Of a stretch of 32,000 nt of DNA, positions 24,855 through 32,000 are shown in pieces; the stretch's first letter is position 1; each line of letters starts with the position of its first letter. The stretch lies in contig NZ_CP040006.1 of assembly GCF_005696695.1 (NCBI RefSeq), forward strand, positions 420,001 to 452,000, in the 5' to 3' direction. Made by a program: the position numbers and the translations under genes. The notes beneath the pieces are model-generated. The model saw nothing but the letters and a program-made list of their open reading frames with translations. It made no database searches and had not been told where the DNA came from. Source of the DNA: Schaalia odontolytica (lineage in GTDB: Bacteria; Actinomycetota; Actinomycetes; Actinomycetales; Actinomycetaceae).

Positions 24855-25562
24855 ATGACTGAATCCCCGCGCGCGGACCTGAACAAGGATCCCAAAGAGA
24901 TCGCCTCGATGTTTGACTCCCTCGCCTCGCGATACGACGTGATGGATGCGCTGATGACGGGCGGTTTGGACAGGGTGTGGATGACCGCCCTGCGTAAGGC
25001 TGTCGCCCCGCACCCCGGCGAGCGCATCCTCGACCTGGCGGCCGGCACCGGCGCGTCGTCGGCCGCGCTGGCTAAGGGCGGCGCCGAGGTCGTCGCCTGC
25101 GACCTGTCCGAAGGCATGATCGAGGTCGGCCGTGAGCGCCACCCCGAGATCGAGTTCGTGCACGGCAACGCCATGGACCTGGACTTCGAGGACGGCTCCT
25201 TTGACGCGGTCACCATCTCGTGGGGCCTGCGCAACATCCCGGACCCGGAGCTCGCGCTGCGCGAGATGGCGCGCGTCGTGCGCCCGCGCGGCCGCCTCGT
25301 GGTCCTGGAGTTCTCCACCCCGCCTTCGCGTGTCTTCCGCGGCATGTACAACGCCTACCAGTCGACCGTCATGCCTGCGATCGCGCGCCTGGTTTCCACG
25401 AACGACGGCGCCTACGACTACCTGGTCGAGTCGATTCGCGCGTGGCCGGCCCAGGAGGAACTCGGCCGCATGATCGCCGCCAACGGCTGGAGCGAGGTCG
25501 AGTACCGCAACCTCACCGGCGGCATCGCCTGCCTGCACCGCGCGGTCAAGCCGCTGCCGTAA
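24855..25562 (+). CDS. ubiE: Demethylmenaquinone methyltransferase
   Basis: Class I SAM-MTase with the UbiE/MenG N-terminal block MFDSLASRYDVMDALMTGGLDRVW and the SAM motif ILDLAAGTGAS. Confidence 0.9.
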   Translation: MTESPRADLNKDPKEIASMFDSLASRYDVMDALMTGGLDRVWMTALRKAVAPHPGERILDLAAGTGASSAALAKGGAEVVACDLSEGMIEVGRERHPEIEFVHGNAMDLDFEDGSFDAVTISWGLRNIPDPELALREMARVVRPRGRLVVLEFSTPPSRVFRGMYNAYQSTVMPAIARLVSTNDGAYDYLVESIRAWPAQEELGRMIAANGWSEVEYRNLTGGIACLHRAVKPLP

Positions 25563-25577
25563 TTTTTCGATAACGAC

Positions 25578-25610
25578 GAGGCCGGGGTCCCTTGTGGGGG
25601 TCCCGGCCTC
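25578..25610. terminator. Bidirectional hairpin between ubiE and the convergent S8 peptidase gene
   Basis: gaggccggggtcccttgtgggggtcccggcctc: outer 9-bp stem gaggccggg / cccggcctc plus inner pairs. It matches the hairpin at 30707-30739 at 29/33 positions. Confidence 0.7.
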
Positions 25611-25632
25611 TCACTGCGTCTCGAGGTTTCTT

Positions 25633-26823
25633 CTACTTCGCGTGGTAGCGCGGGCTCGTACCAAGGTGTGTCGGATACGGGTTCGTGGTTGCTCCGAGGA
25701 CGGATTCGTCCAGGCCTCGGTAGGTGTATGAGTTGTCGAAGACGATCTCCGCCGGCGGGACGATGCCGTCGACGTACTGCGCGATCTCCTCTGGGGTCGG
25801 GCTGGACCCGCCTCCCTTGTCCGCGAGGGGGTTGACATCGGGGTACTGACTGGGATCAGTGTTCATCATTGTTGCGGGGCTCGCTACGCCGTAGCCGGTG
25901 TACTGATTCCAGCCGCCGTCCGGGTTGACGGTCGTGTGTATCAGCAGTTGCAGCAGCTGATTCGACGTCGCATCGGGCCACTTCTGGCGAGCCATCGCGA
26001 GGAATCCTGCGACGATGGGGGTGGAAATGGAAGTCCCAACAGTCTGTGTAATCTGTGCAGTCCCGTAGTCATACGCCTTGATAGGGCCTCCAACGGCCGC
26101 CGTAGTGACGGATGACCCCCATGATGAGTAGTCCGCTCGTGCACCGTTGATATCAACTGCGGAAACACCAACTACTCCAGACCAAAATGACAGGCTTCCC
26201 TCATCATTTGTGTTAGCTGTATTACCGATGCCGGCAACGACGATCGTCCCCGATGCAGCAGCACGAGCTAAAGCCCATTTCAGAGATGCTGCTCGGTCTT
26301 GGGACGAGATAGAAATGCTGACAATGCTTGCACCGTCATTAATCGCATGATTGATCAGTGAAGCGTGCGTGTAAACACTTGTATCTTGACACGATGGATC
26401 TGGCACCGAGCTTCCGCTAACCGTCTGATAACTGTACAGAGTAGCTTGAGGAACAACCCCGTAGTCACGTGCGACGAGAATTGAAGCGACCTCAGTCCCG
26501 TGACGCCGACTATCGTCGTCAGGTTTGATCTGGCAAGGGCTCTTATCAAGGACCGTGGCACCAGCGAGTTCTGGTCGCGATGTGTCAACTGGCCCATCAA
26601 TCATCGCAATTGTGACACCTTGACCCGTGTAGCCTTTAGCTCTCGCTTGGTCGAGGTGGTAGTACGCAAAGTAGGGCTGATCGGCCGCGGTAATGGTGTC
26701 TGCGGCACGTGCCGGAGCAACGGGAACAGCAACGAGTCCCAGGGCAAAAGCGGACGCAGAGGCAATAGCGAGTGAGACGCGTGAGACCTTGTGCTTGGGG
26801 GTCACCATTGGCGGGGATCCCAT
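25633..26823 (-). CDS. Secreted S8 (subtilisin-family) serine peptidase
   Basis: Signal peptide VSLAIASASAFALGLVAVPVAPARA. Catalytic triad blocks VTIAMIDGPVD (Asp), HGTEVASIL (His), GTSISTPIVAG (Ser). The start at 26823 has GAGGA with a 6-nt spacer and overlaps the last codons of the upstream gene. No C-terminal TM anchor. Confidence 0.85.
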   Translation of the reverse strand: MGSPPMVTPKHKVSRVSLAIASASAFALGLVAVPVAPARAADTITAADQPYFAYYHLDQARAKGYTGQGVTIAMIDGPVDTSRPELAGATVLDKSPCQIKPDDDSRRHGTEVASILVARDYGVVPQATLYSYQTVSGSSVPDPSCQDTSVYTHASLINHAINDGASIVSISISSQDRAASLKWALARAAASGTIVVAGIGNTANTNDEGSLSFWSGVVGVSAVDINGARADYSSWGSSVTTAAVGGPIKAYDYGTAQITQTVGTSISTPIVAGFLAMARQKWPDATSNQLLQLLIHTTVNPDGGWNQYTGYGVASPATMMNTDPSQYPDVNPLADKGGGSSPTPEEIAQYVDGIVPPAEIVFDNSYTYRGLDESVLGATTNPYPTHLGTSPRYHAK

Positions 26824-28319
26824 CCGTCGTCCTCACGTTTCGCGGGTGCCAGGTCCTTGTCCGAGCCGTAGGTCTGAGACATGGGATTCACGTAGCCTTC
26901 AGGCAGCGCATCGGGATCATCATCCAGATACCTGTAGGCCTGGTACTTGCGGCGTTTTGCTTTCTTATCCTCCTTCGAGCCGCCCGCACCGGCTCCCATA
27001 CCGCTACCCATGAAAGCTCCCCTGCCGGCACCAGAACCGCCACTCTGAACAGCGGAAGCGCGTGCTGCTCCAGGAGAAGCAGTTGTTCCGCTCACGCCAT
27101 TTCCAGCTGCGCTTCCTGCTCCTGCCTGTGAAGGGGCGGAATAAGTTCCGAGTCCTTTCCCGCTGTATGTTCCAGCAGTCAGAGCAGAAGCTCCAGAACC
27201 CCCGAGAGACCCCGTCCCCATACGCGCAGCTCCGCGCAAGCCAAGGGCACCTGCTCCGAGCGCTCCAATTCCCGCGAGGCGTCCGGCAGAACCACTATCA
27301 GCAGCGGGCCCTCCATTGATTCGCCACAGTGGGTGATCGATGTCGGTGGGATTAGCAGGAACATGACCTCCCCACACGACTCCGTTTCGGTGGTGATTTG
27401 CATCAACCCTCGTATGCAGGAGATCCATGCCCATCAGATCCTGCGCGTTTGTAATGGGGCGATCGTAGGAACCATCGACATCGGGCGGCAGGTACCGCTT
27501 GGATACTTGCTGTGATGCCAGCGCACGGCGTCGAGCAAACTCGTCAGTTTCCGGATCTGCATACCCATCCGGATAGAGTGACTTATCGGATCGCAGGGCG
27601 GCACGCCCATAGTCATCCGCAGCGCTACGTCCATAGATTCCCGAATCATATGACGAATACTGCACGTACCCACGATTGAGATTTTCTTGTGTTTGCTCAG
27701 GAACTGGAAGATCAATGTTCTGATATCCAGCTCCAACCTTCACGCCTGTTTGCGTCAGCGTATTGACACCGGCGCTGAGCTCATTCAAACCGCCATTCAA
27801 GCGCTCAAGAATCTCGGTTGCAGCCGTCTCACGCATGGCGTTCGCTTGCGCTTCCACAGCATCAACATAGGCCGATCCCGCTGACAGAACGGTGTTTGCA
27901 ACCACTCCGGTCACCGCCCCGGTCACAACACCAATAGCGGGTGTATAGGGCAGCGCAACCTTCGCAGCATCGCGCATTGCAGCCGTCTTCGAGTCGATGA
28001 GTGTCGGCGACAGACGACGCGCGTCTGCGGCGGCCTGCGCAATAGCCTGACGGGCAGCGACATAACGCGCAATCCCGCCCATGTAGTACGAACGCTTCGC
28101 TTCCAGACGTGCAACAGTCTGATCTGCCCAGGCCTTCAGCGCCTCTCCAGTCTTCCCTGTAAATCCCTGGTGTTCCTGGAAATGGCGAACCCGCTCGATT
28201 GCCTGATCAAAGCCATCAATGACACGCTTATGATCACTATCCCAAGACTGCAATTCTGCGTTGAAGTCCGCTTGCGCAGCAAAAGTCATGAGCCGGTCAT
28301 ACATCGGTGAAGAAACCAT
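26802..28319 (-). CDS. 505-aa leaderless protein: helical hairpin N-terminus, hydrophobic segment, Gly/Ser/Ala-rich tract, charged/aromatic tail; function unknown (candidate non-Sec secretion substrate)
   Basis: AAGGA with a 6-nt spacer before the ATG. The N-terminal two-helix region is centred on HQGFTGKTGEALKAW (h-x-G turn as in WXG100/LXG proteins). Other segments: AIGVVTGAVTGVVANTVLSAG, a long GSA-rich tract, and the end ..REDDGWDPRQW. Confidence 0.75.
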   Translation of the reverse strand: MVSSPMYDRLMTFAAQADFNAELQSWDSDHKRVIDGFDQAIERVRHFQEHQGFTGKTGEALKAWADQTVARLEAKRSYYMGGIARYVAARQAIAQAAADARRLSPTLIDSKTAAMRDAAKVALPYTPAIGVVTGAVTGVVANTVLSAGSAYVDAVEAQANAMRETAATEILERLNGGLNELSAGVNTLTQTGVKVGAGYQNIDLPVPEQTQENLNRGYVQYSSYDSGIYGRSAADDYGRAALRSDKSLYPDGYADPETDEFARRRALASQQVSKRYLPPDVDGSYDRPITNAQDLMGMDLLHTRVDANHHRNGVVWGGHVPANPTDIDHPLWRINGGPAADSGSAGRLAGIGALGAGALGLRGAARMGTGSLGGSGASALTAGTYSGKGLGTYSAPSQAGAGSAAGNGVSGTTASPGAARASAVQSGGSGAGRGAFMGSGMGAGAGGSKEDKKAKRRKYQAYRYLDDDPDALPEGYVNPMSQTYGSDKDLAPAKREDDGWDPRQW

Positions 28320-28336
28320 GTGTCGTCCTTAAAATC

Positions 28337-28786
28337 TCAGAACTCGGGCATTGCGCCGGCAGCCGTAGGAGCATCATCTGGCTGCGCACTTGGGGCTGTA
28401 GAAGAAGTAGCAGTTGATCCAGCGGTTGAAGCGGCGGCGGCTGCGACTGAGGGGTCTGAGTTAAGTGCACGATTGATTGCCTCAAGCACCGCTGCATTGG
28501 CTTCCTCGCTACTAACGGCCTCCCGAACAGCATCCGTGAGGTTCGTCTGGAATGTATCGAAGATTTTGCGCTCGTCCACAAGCATCTCATCAACAGACGA
28601 GAAGAATCGCACTGCGCTGTTACGAAAATCCTGCGCGCCTTGCTCATTAGTCCATCGGGTTACAGTTTGGGCACCATTGAGCGAGCTCGCAGCGTCATTG
28701 GATTTGTTGAGAGCCGTCCCGCCCTCATCCATATCGCCGTTTGTCTGAGCGTGTTTTTCCTTATCGAAGCCATAATCGGCACTCAT
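28337..28786 (-). CDS. 149-aa small acidic helical protein with Ala/Ser/Thr-rich tail; function unknown (candidate partner/chaperone of the 505-aa protein)
   Basis: AGGAGA with a 6-nt spacer before the ATG. Only a 17-nt gap to the next gene. No signal peptide and no canonical W-x-G (it has RWTNEQG). Confidence 0.7.
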   Translation of the reverse strand: MSADYGFDKEKHAQTNGDMDEGGTALNKSNDAASSLNGAQTVTRWTNEQGAQDFRNSAVRFFSSVDEMLVDERKIFDTFQTNLTDAVREAVSSEEANAAVLEAINRALNSDPSVAAAAASTAGSTATSSTAPSAQPDDAPTAAGAMPEF

Positions 28787-28845
28787 GCACTGTCTCCTGT
28801 CAGCAATCGAAGAACATCATCGGTCAGGATCCGTCTTCTGGCCCC

Positions 28846-28875
28846 AGTGTAGGGCCAGTGCCGACTAGCTCACAA
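28846..28875 (-). promoter_or_regulatory. Weak candidate promoter for the 149-aa/505-aa/S8 operon
   Basis: On the minus strand: TTGTGA (28870-28875), 18-nt spacer, TACACT (28846-28851). It is overlapped by a 7-bp hairpin ctggccc/gggccag. Confidence 0.3.
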
Positions 28876-29023
28876 CCAGTCGAGGTAGCAAGCACCTAGA
28901 GCAATCGAGCAGCTTTGCCCGGCCTCTCGCGTTGGGTACGGAAGACGCAACCGCGTCGACTGGCGGGGTAGGGGTGGCGCGCACCCACGTGCGCGTGATG
29001 CGCGCCCCGCCCCGGCCTCGTCG

Positions 29024-30484
29024 TTAGTTGCTTGGTGCGCGGCCCCGGGTGAGCTTCCCCAGTTCGAGGTAGCCGGGCAGCGGCTTGTTCATGGCCTCGT
29101 TCGCGAAGGCGACGGGCGCGCCGTTCGGCAGCGGGTTGACGACGCGGATCGCGGCGGTCAGCTTCTGCGCGGAGTTGTTCGCGCGGTACTCCGCGGGCAG
29201 CGGCAGGTGCGCGGTCACCCTCCCCGTCTGGCCCGGGAGGATCGAGGGCAGGGGCGACTCGATCGTCTGGCTGGCCACGATCGTGCCCTTCGAATCGACG
29301 AGGACGACCTCGAGCGGCCACGTCGCGTAGAAGGGGGCCGACCCCGTGTTCGTGAACTCCACGGCCACGGCAGCCTTCGCGCCGTGGTAGGTCGCCGACG
29401 TGCGGGTCGCCCGCAGCGTGTACCCCAGGGCGGCGCTCGCGGCCTTGGCGCGCGTCAGCTCGGCTCCGGTGTAGCCGGTCGAGAACGCGTGCTGGTTGAT
29501 GAGCCACGTGGCGTGAGCCTTCTGGATCGACTCGAGGGCCTTGTAATCGCGTCCTTGCTCCCTGCTCGGGCAACGCAGCGGCTGGGAGAATGCGCATTCC
29601 TGGAAGGAGGGGTAGAGCTCGCCGCCGATGGGGGAGTGCTGCCAGGCGTCCCCCTCGCCCTGGTCCTTGAGCTTGGGGATGAAGTGCCAGTCGGTCCCCT
29701 CCAGGGTTGCGTAGCCGAGAGAGTCGTCGAAGTAGCCCATGCCGTGTGCCTTCGTGGCAGCGGTGGGGTAGCGGTTCTGGACGAAGGTGTCGTCAAAGGC
29801 CTCGTCCCAGGCCTCGACGAGGCGGGCGCGGAACTCGTCCGATGGCATCCAGTTGATGGCCTTCGGGTTTTGGTTGTTGACGTAGCCGCTGTACGGGTAG
29901 GTGTGCTCCTCGCCCCAGAATCCGTACAGGCCCGCGGTGATGAAGCCAATGCGTGGATCCCCGTCGTACCTCTCGCCCAGGGCTGCGACGAAGTGCAGGA
30001 GCATCTCCTGGACCTTCGGGTCGTTGTAGTTGGGGGAGAAGGAGATCTTGTTGTTGTCGTAGAAGTCGTAGGTGCGGCTCGTGTCCGTGCCTGCGTCGAT
30101 CAGGTATTGGGGCATCCCGGTCTTTTTGCCGGGGGTGTCCAGGGTGAAACGAATGACGGCCTGGTGACCGCGAGAGGCGATCGCGTCCAGGAGGGCGTCG
30201 ACCTTCGTGAAGTCGTAGGTGTCGCGTCCGGTGACGACGTCGTTCACGGGGAAGGGGGCCCACTCGAGCGTGTAGGGCAGAGCGTTTGCGACCGTGCCGG
30301 GTGCGCCTCCGTCCTTGGGTGCCCACGGCATGAAGCCCTTCATCGGGTTCGTGACCGGGGCTGGCGCTTCCTTGAGCGTCGTCCACTGGGCGGTGGCGGC
30401 CGACGAGGCCGTGGCCGGGAGCGTTGCGCCCGCCAATCCTATGGTCGCCGCGAGAGCGATGGCGATGCGAGAAAATGTTCTCAT
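29024..30484 (-). CDS. Secreted glycoside-hydrolase-like protein (DUF4874/DUF4832-like by memory)
   Basis: Signal peptide ending ATASSAATA. The NPMKGFMPWAP block resembles the NPxRGF start of DUF4874-type TIM-barrel proteins. GFWGEEH and a C-terminal beta-sandwich-like region are also present. Confidence 0.5.
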   Translation of the reverse strand: MRTFSRIAIALAATIGLAGATLPATASSAATAQWTTLKEAPAPVTNPMKGFMPWAPKDGGAPGTVANALPYTLEWAPFPVNDVVTGRDTYDFTKVDALLDAIASRGHQAVIRFTLDTPGKKTGMPQYLIDAGTDTSRTYDFYDNNKISFSPNYNDPKVQEMLLHFVAALGERYDGDPRIGFITAGLYGFWGEEHTYPYSGYVNNQNPKAINWMPSDEFRARLVEAWDEAFDDTFVQNRYPTAATKAHGMGYFDDSLGYATLEGTDWHFIPKLKDQGEGDAWQHSPIGGELYPSFQECAFSQPLRCPSREQGRDYKALESIQKAHATWLINQHAFSTGYTGAELTRAKAASAALGYTLRATRTSATYHGAKAAVAVEFTNTGSAPFYATWPLEVVLVDSKGTIVASQTIESPLPSILPGQTGRVTAHLPLPAEYRANNSAQKLTAAIRVVNPLPNGAPVAFANEAMNKPLPGYLELGKLTRGRAPSN

Positions 30485-30706
30485 CGCGAGGTCCTTTCAG
30501 TCATGAGTGCTGCGGCTGGGGACGTGATGCGGCGTGGGCGCGTCGCGTGGGACCTGAGTGCGTAGCGTCGTCGTTGCGCGCAGGCGAGGCCTCCACGGCT
30601 GTCAAGTGAACCATATTGTGCATAGTGCCCGCAACATTGCGGAAAACTCTGCCAGTAAGTGGTTGCCTGACAAACCTATTATGGGGCGTGTCGATTGAGT
30701 ATGCGC

Positions 30707-30739
30707 GAGGCCGGGCTCCCTGGGTGGGGTCCCGGCCTC
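30707..30739 (-). terminator. Hairpin downstream of the lipoprotein gene; member of the GAGGCCGGG..CCCGGCCTC hairpin family
   Basis: gaggccgggctccctgggtggggtcccggcctc, located 28 nt beyond the stop at 30767. Confidence 0.6.
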
Positions 30740-30766
30740 GTCAATGGAGAGTGTGTGCTGGCTCTT

Positions 30767-31507
30767 TTAGTACGGTCCGCTGTCGACGACCGCCCACGTG
30801 CCATCGTCCTGCAGTCGCAGGAAGACGACCTCGCGCCCCTTCACGGGCTCCAACGAGTCGTCGGAGTAGTTGCGCAAGTAGTAGACATTTCCGTACCAGC
30901 GCGTCGGGTCAGTGTTCGGCTGCTGCCCATGGTTGTTGCTGCCCGTGATAGTGACGGTCGTGTGGGCGCGGTTAGCCAGGAGCGGCAGGAATTCGCCCTG
31001 ACCGTGCTCCAGGTCGGGCGTCTTCGTGTGGCTGCTCGCTCGTTCCGGTACTTCGTACACGCTCGCGCGGATGAATGCATAGGCGTTGGATTTATCGCGC
31101 GATGCATCCCACGTGTTACGCGTGATGGTGTAGGCGATGGCGACCTGTTCGGGATCGGTGCGGTCCACCTCGCGCGGGTCGGGGAGGAGATCGGGGAGCC
31201 ACTGGACCGATGTGGGATATAGGCACGTACCGAGCGGCGTGGGGGAACCGTCTTCGCAGGCCGGGGTGGTCGGCGTCGCCTCCGTCGGCGTCGGCGCGGC
31301 TGTGGAGTCGCCGGATTCCTGGGTCTGTGTCTGGTCCGAGGAGGATTGTGGGGAGGATTGTGTGGACTGTGCCTGGCTATCTGCGCTGGGCTGGCGCGAG
31401 CCGCAGGCTGTACCCGTGATTGTGAGGGTGAGGACCGCTGCTGAAGCGATGCCGATGAGGGTGCGTCGTGGATACCTGCGGGTATGAGTCTGTTCTTTCG
31501 AGCCCAT
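30767..31507 (-). CDS. Hypothetical lipoprotein with Ser/Thr/Pro/Gln-rich linker
   Basis: Leader RRTLIGIASAAVLTLTITGTACGS (lipobox-like), a low-complexity linker, then a ~150-aa globular part. No family recognised. Confidence 0.6.
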   Translation of the reverse strand: MGSKEQTHTRRYPRRTLIGIASAAVLTLTITGTACGSRQPSADSQAQSTQSSPQSSSDQTQTQESGDSTAAPTPTEATPTTPACEDGSPTPLGTCLYPTSVQWLPDLLPDPREVDRTDPEQVAIAYTITRNTWDASRDKSNAYAFIRASVYEVPERASSHTKTPDLEHGQGEFLPLLANRAHTTVTITGSNNHGQQPNTDPTRWYGNVYYLRNYSDDSLEPVKGREVVFLRLQDDGTWAVVDSGPY

Positions 31508-31635
31508 GCGTGCTCCCCTTCAGTGTGTATGTGTCGAGGTTCGTCGCGCGTGTCCTGTGTTGGATGTGTGAGTACTCTCCACTGTTGCTGGTCGTCGCGG
31601 CGCTGGCCATCGTACCGGCTCGTATGTGCTCGCCG

Positions 31636-31669
31636 CGCGCCGGAGTGGTGGTCGCGCCGGAGTGGTGGT
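31636..31669. repeat. Perfect tandem duplication, 17 nt x2
   Basis: cgcgccggagtggtggt at 31636-31652 and again at 31653-31669. Confidence 0.9.
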
Positions 31670-31791
31670 GCTGTGTTCTGCCTGGCATGAGGGGGTTTGT
31701 CGAGACTATTTGTTAAGGGTCTTGCATAAGTGGGGTGATTGAGCGCATAATGGTTGCGTCAAGGAAGACCTCCCGCCCAAAAGGAGAACCC

Positions 31792-32000
31792 ATGAACGCG
31801 CCATTACGCGTCGGTGTTGTCGGACTTGGGGCCCGATCATCAATCGCACACCACCTCGCGTCGGTCACCCACCCCGCAGTCCTCGTCGGAGGCTGCGACC
31901 CCAACCCAGCCATGCGGGAGCGCGCCACGCGCACCCTCGGGGAGGGGCAGTGGGTGGCCACGCTCGAGGAACTCATCGGCCTATCGATCGACGCTGCCAT
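31792..32000 (+). CDS. Gfo/Idh/MocA-family oxidoreductase, N-terminal 69 codons (continues past the window)
   Basis: AAGGAG 5 nt upstream of ATG 31792. The translation MNAPLRVGVVGLGARSSIAHHLA.. is the Rossmann GxGxxG start typical of this family. A possible TTGCAT-18-CATAAT promoter lies at 31722-31751. Not in the ORF track because there is no stop in the window. Confidence 0.7.
   Translation, partial: MNAPLRVGVVGLGARSSIAHHLASVTHPAVLVGGCDPNPAMRERATRTLGEGQWVATLEELIGLSIDAA

Noticed and set aside
25633-26823. Calling the S8 peptidase a mycosin (MycP).
   Set aside because: Mycosins carry a C-terminal transmembrane anchor and sit within ecc gene clusters. This protein ends in a polar tail (..GTSPRYHAK) and no ecc genes are nearby. 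A generic S8 call is retained, and the mycosin analogy is used only as a hypothesis.
28337-28786. Annotating the 149-aa protein as a WXG100 (EsxA/EsxB-like) protein.
   Set aside because: It has no canonical W-x-G motif (only RWTNEQG). It is longer than typical WXG100 proteins and has an Ala/Ser/Thr-rich tail. A helical-partner role is plausible but the family call is not supportable by eye.
1-32000. tRNA, rRNA, riboswitch or tmRNA genes.
   Set aside because: I found no cloverleaf-compatible segments with GTTCGAATC-type T-arms, no rRNA-like conserved blocks, and no recognisable riboswitch cores in the intergenic regions. A covariance-model scan would be needed to be certain.

Overview
High-GC (about 70%) actinobacterial chromosome segment. 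Codon usage and gene content look Actinomyces/Schaalia-like, but that is inference only. The backbone is a dispersed menaquinone pathway: menA and menE (-), menB (-), menC and menD (+), menF (-), ubiE/menG (+). Between these sit an MFS transporter fragment, an L,D-transpeptidase, an HtrA-type protease, and a ROK-regulated ABC + GH66 + GH13 locus for isomalto-oligosaccharide/dextran use. A putative secreted glycoside-hydrolase-like protein, a lipoprotein and the start of a Gfo/Idh/MocA oxidoreductase complete it. Three things stand out. (1) A 3.6-kb AT-richer cassette (1045-4680) sits at the menA 3' end, bracketed by a 39-nt imperfect direct repeat that duplicates the menA stop region. It carries five ATGA-overlapped genes: a 25-codon ORF, a leaderless 550-aa protein (helical N-terminus plus an alpha/beta-hydrolase domain with an SHSYGS nucleophile elbow), and three paralogous lipoproteins. 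I read it as a candidate exported lipase/esterase effector with an immunity-lipoprotein array. (2) A second AT-richer cassette (about 25615-28900) lies after ubiE. It encodes a 149-aa helical protein, a leaderless 505-aa protein (WXG/LXG-like helical hairpin, hydrophobic segment, long Gly/Ser/Ala-rich tract) and a secreted S8 subtilase. This looks like a non-Sec substrate/partner/protease module. (3) A 1.2-kb gene-free, repeat-dense region (8650-9840) holds two homologous hairpin modules of about 115 nt and dyad-symmetric repeat pairs phased at 41-42 nt. I recognised no tRNA, rRNA, CRISPR array, integrase or transposase. All family assignments rest on motif recognition by eye and need HMM or BLAST confirmation.
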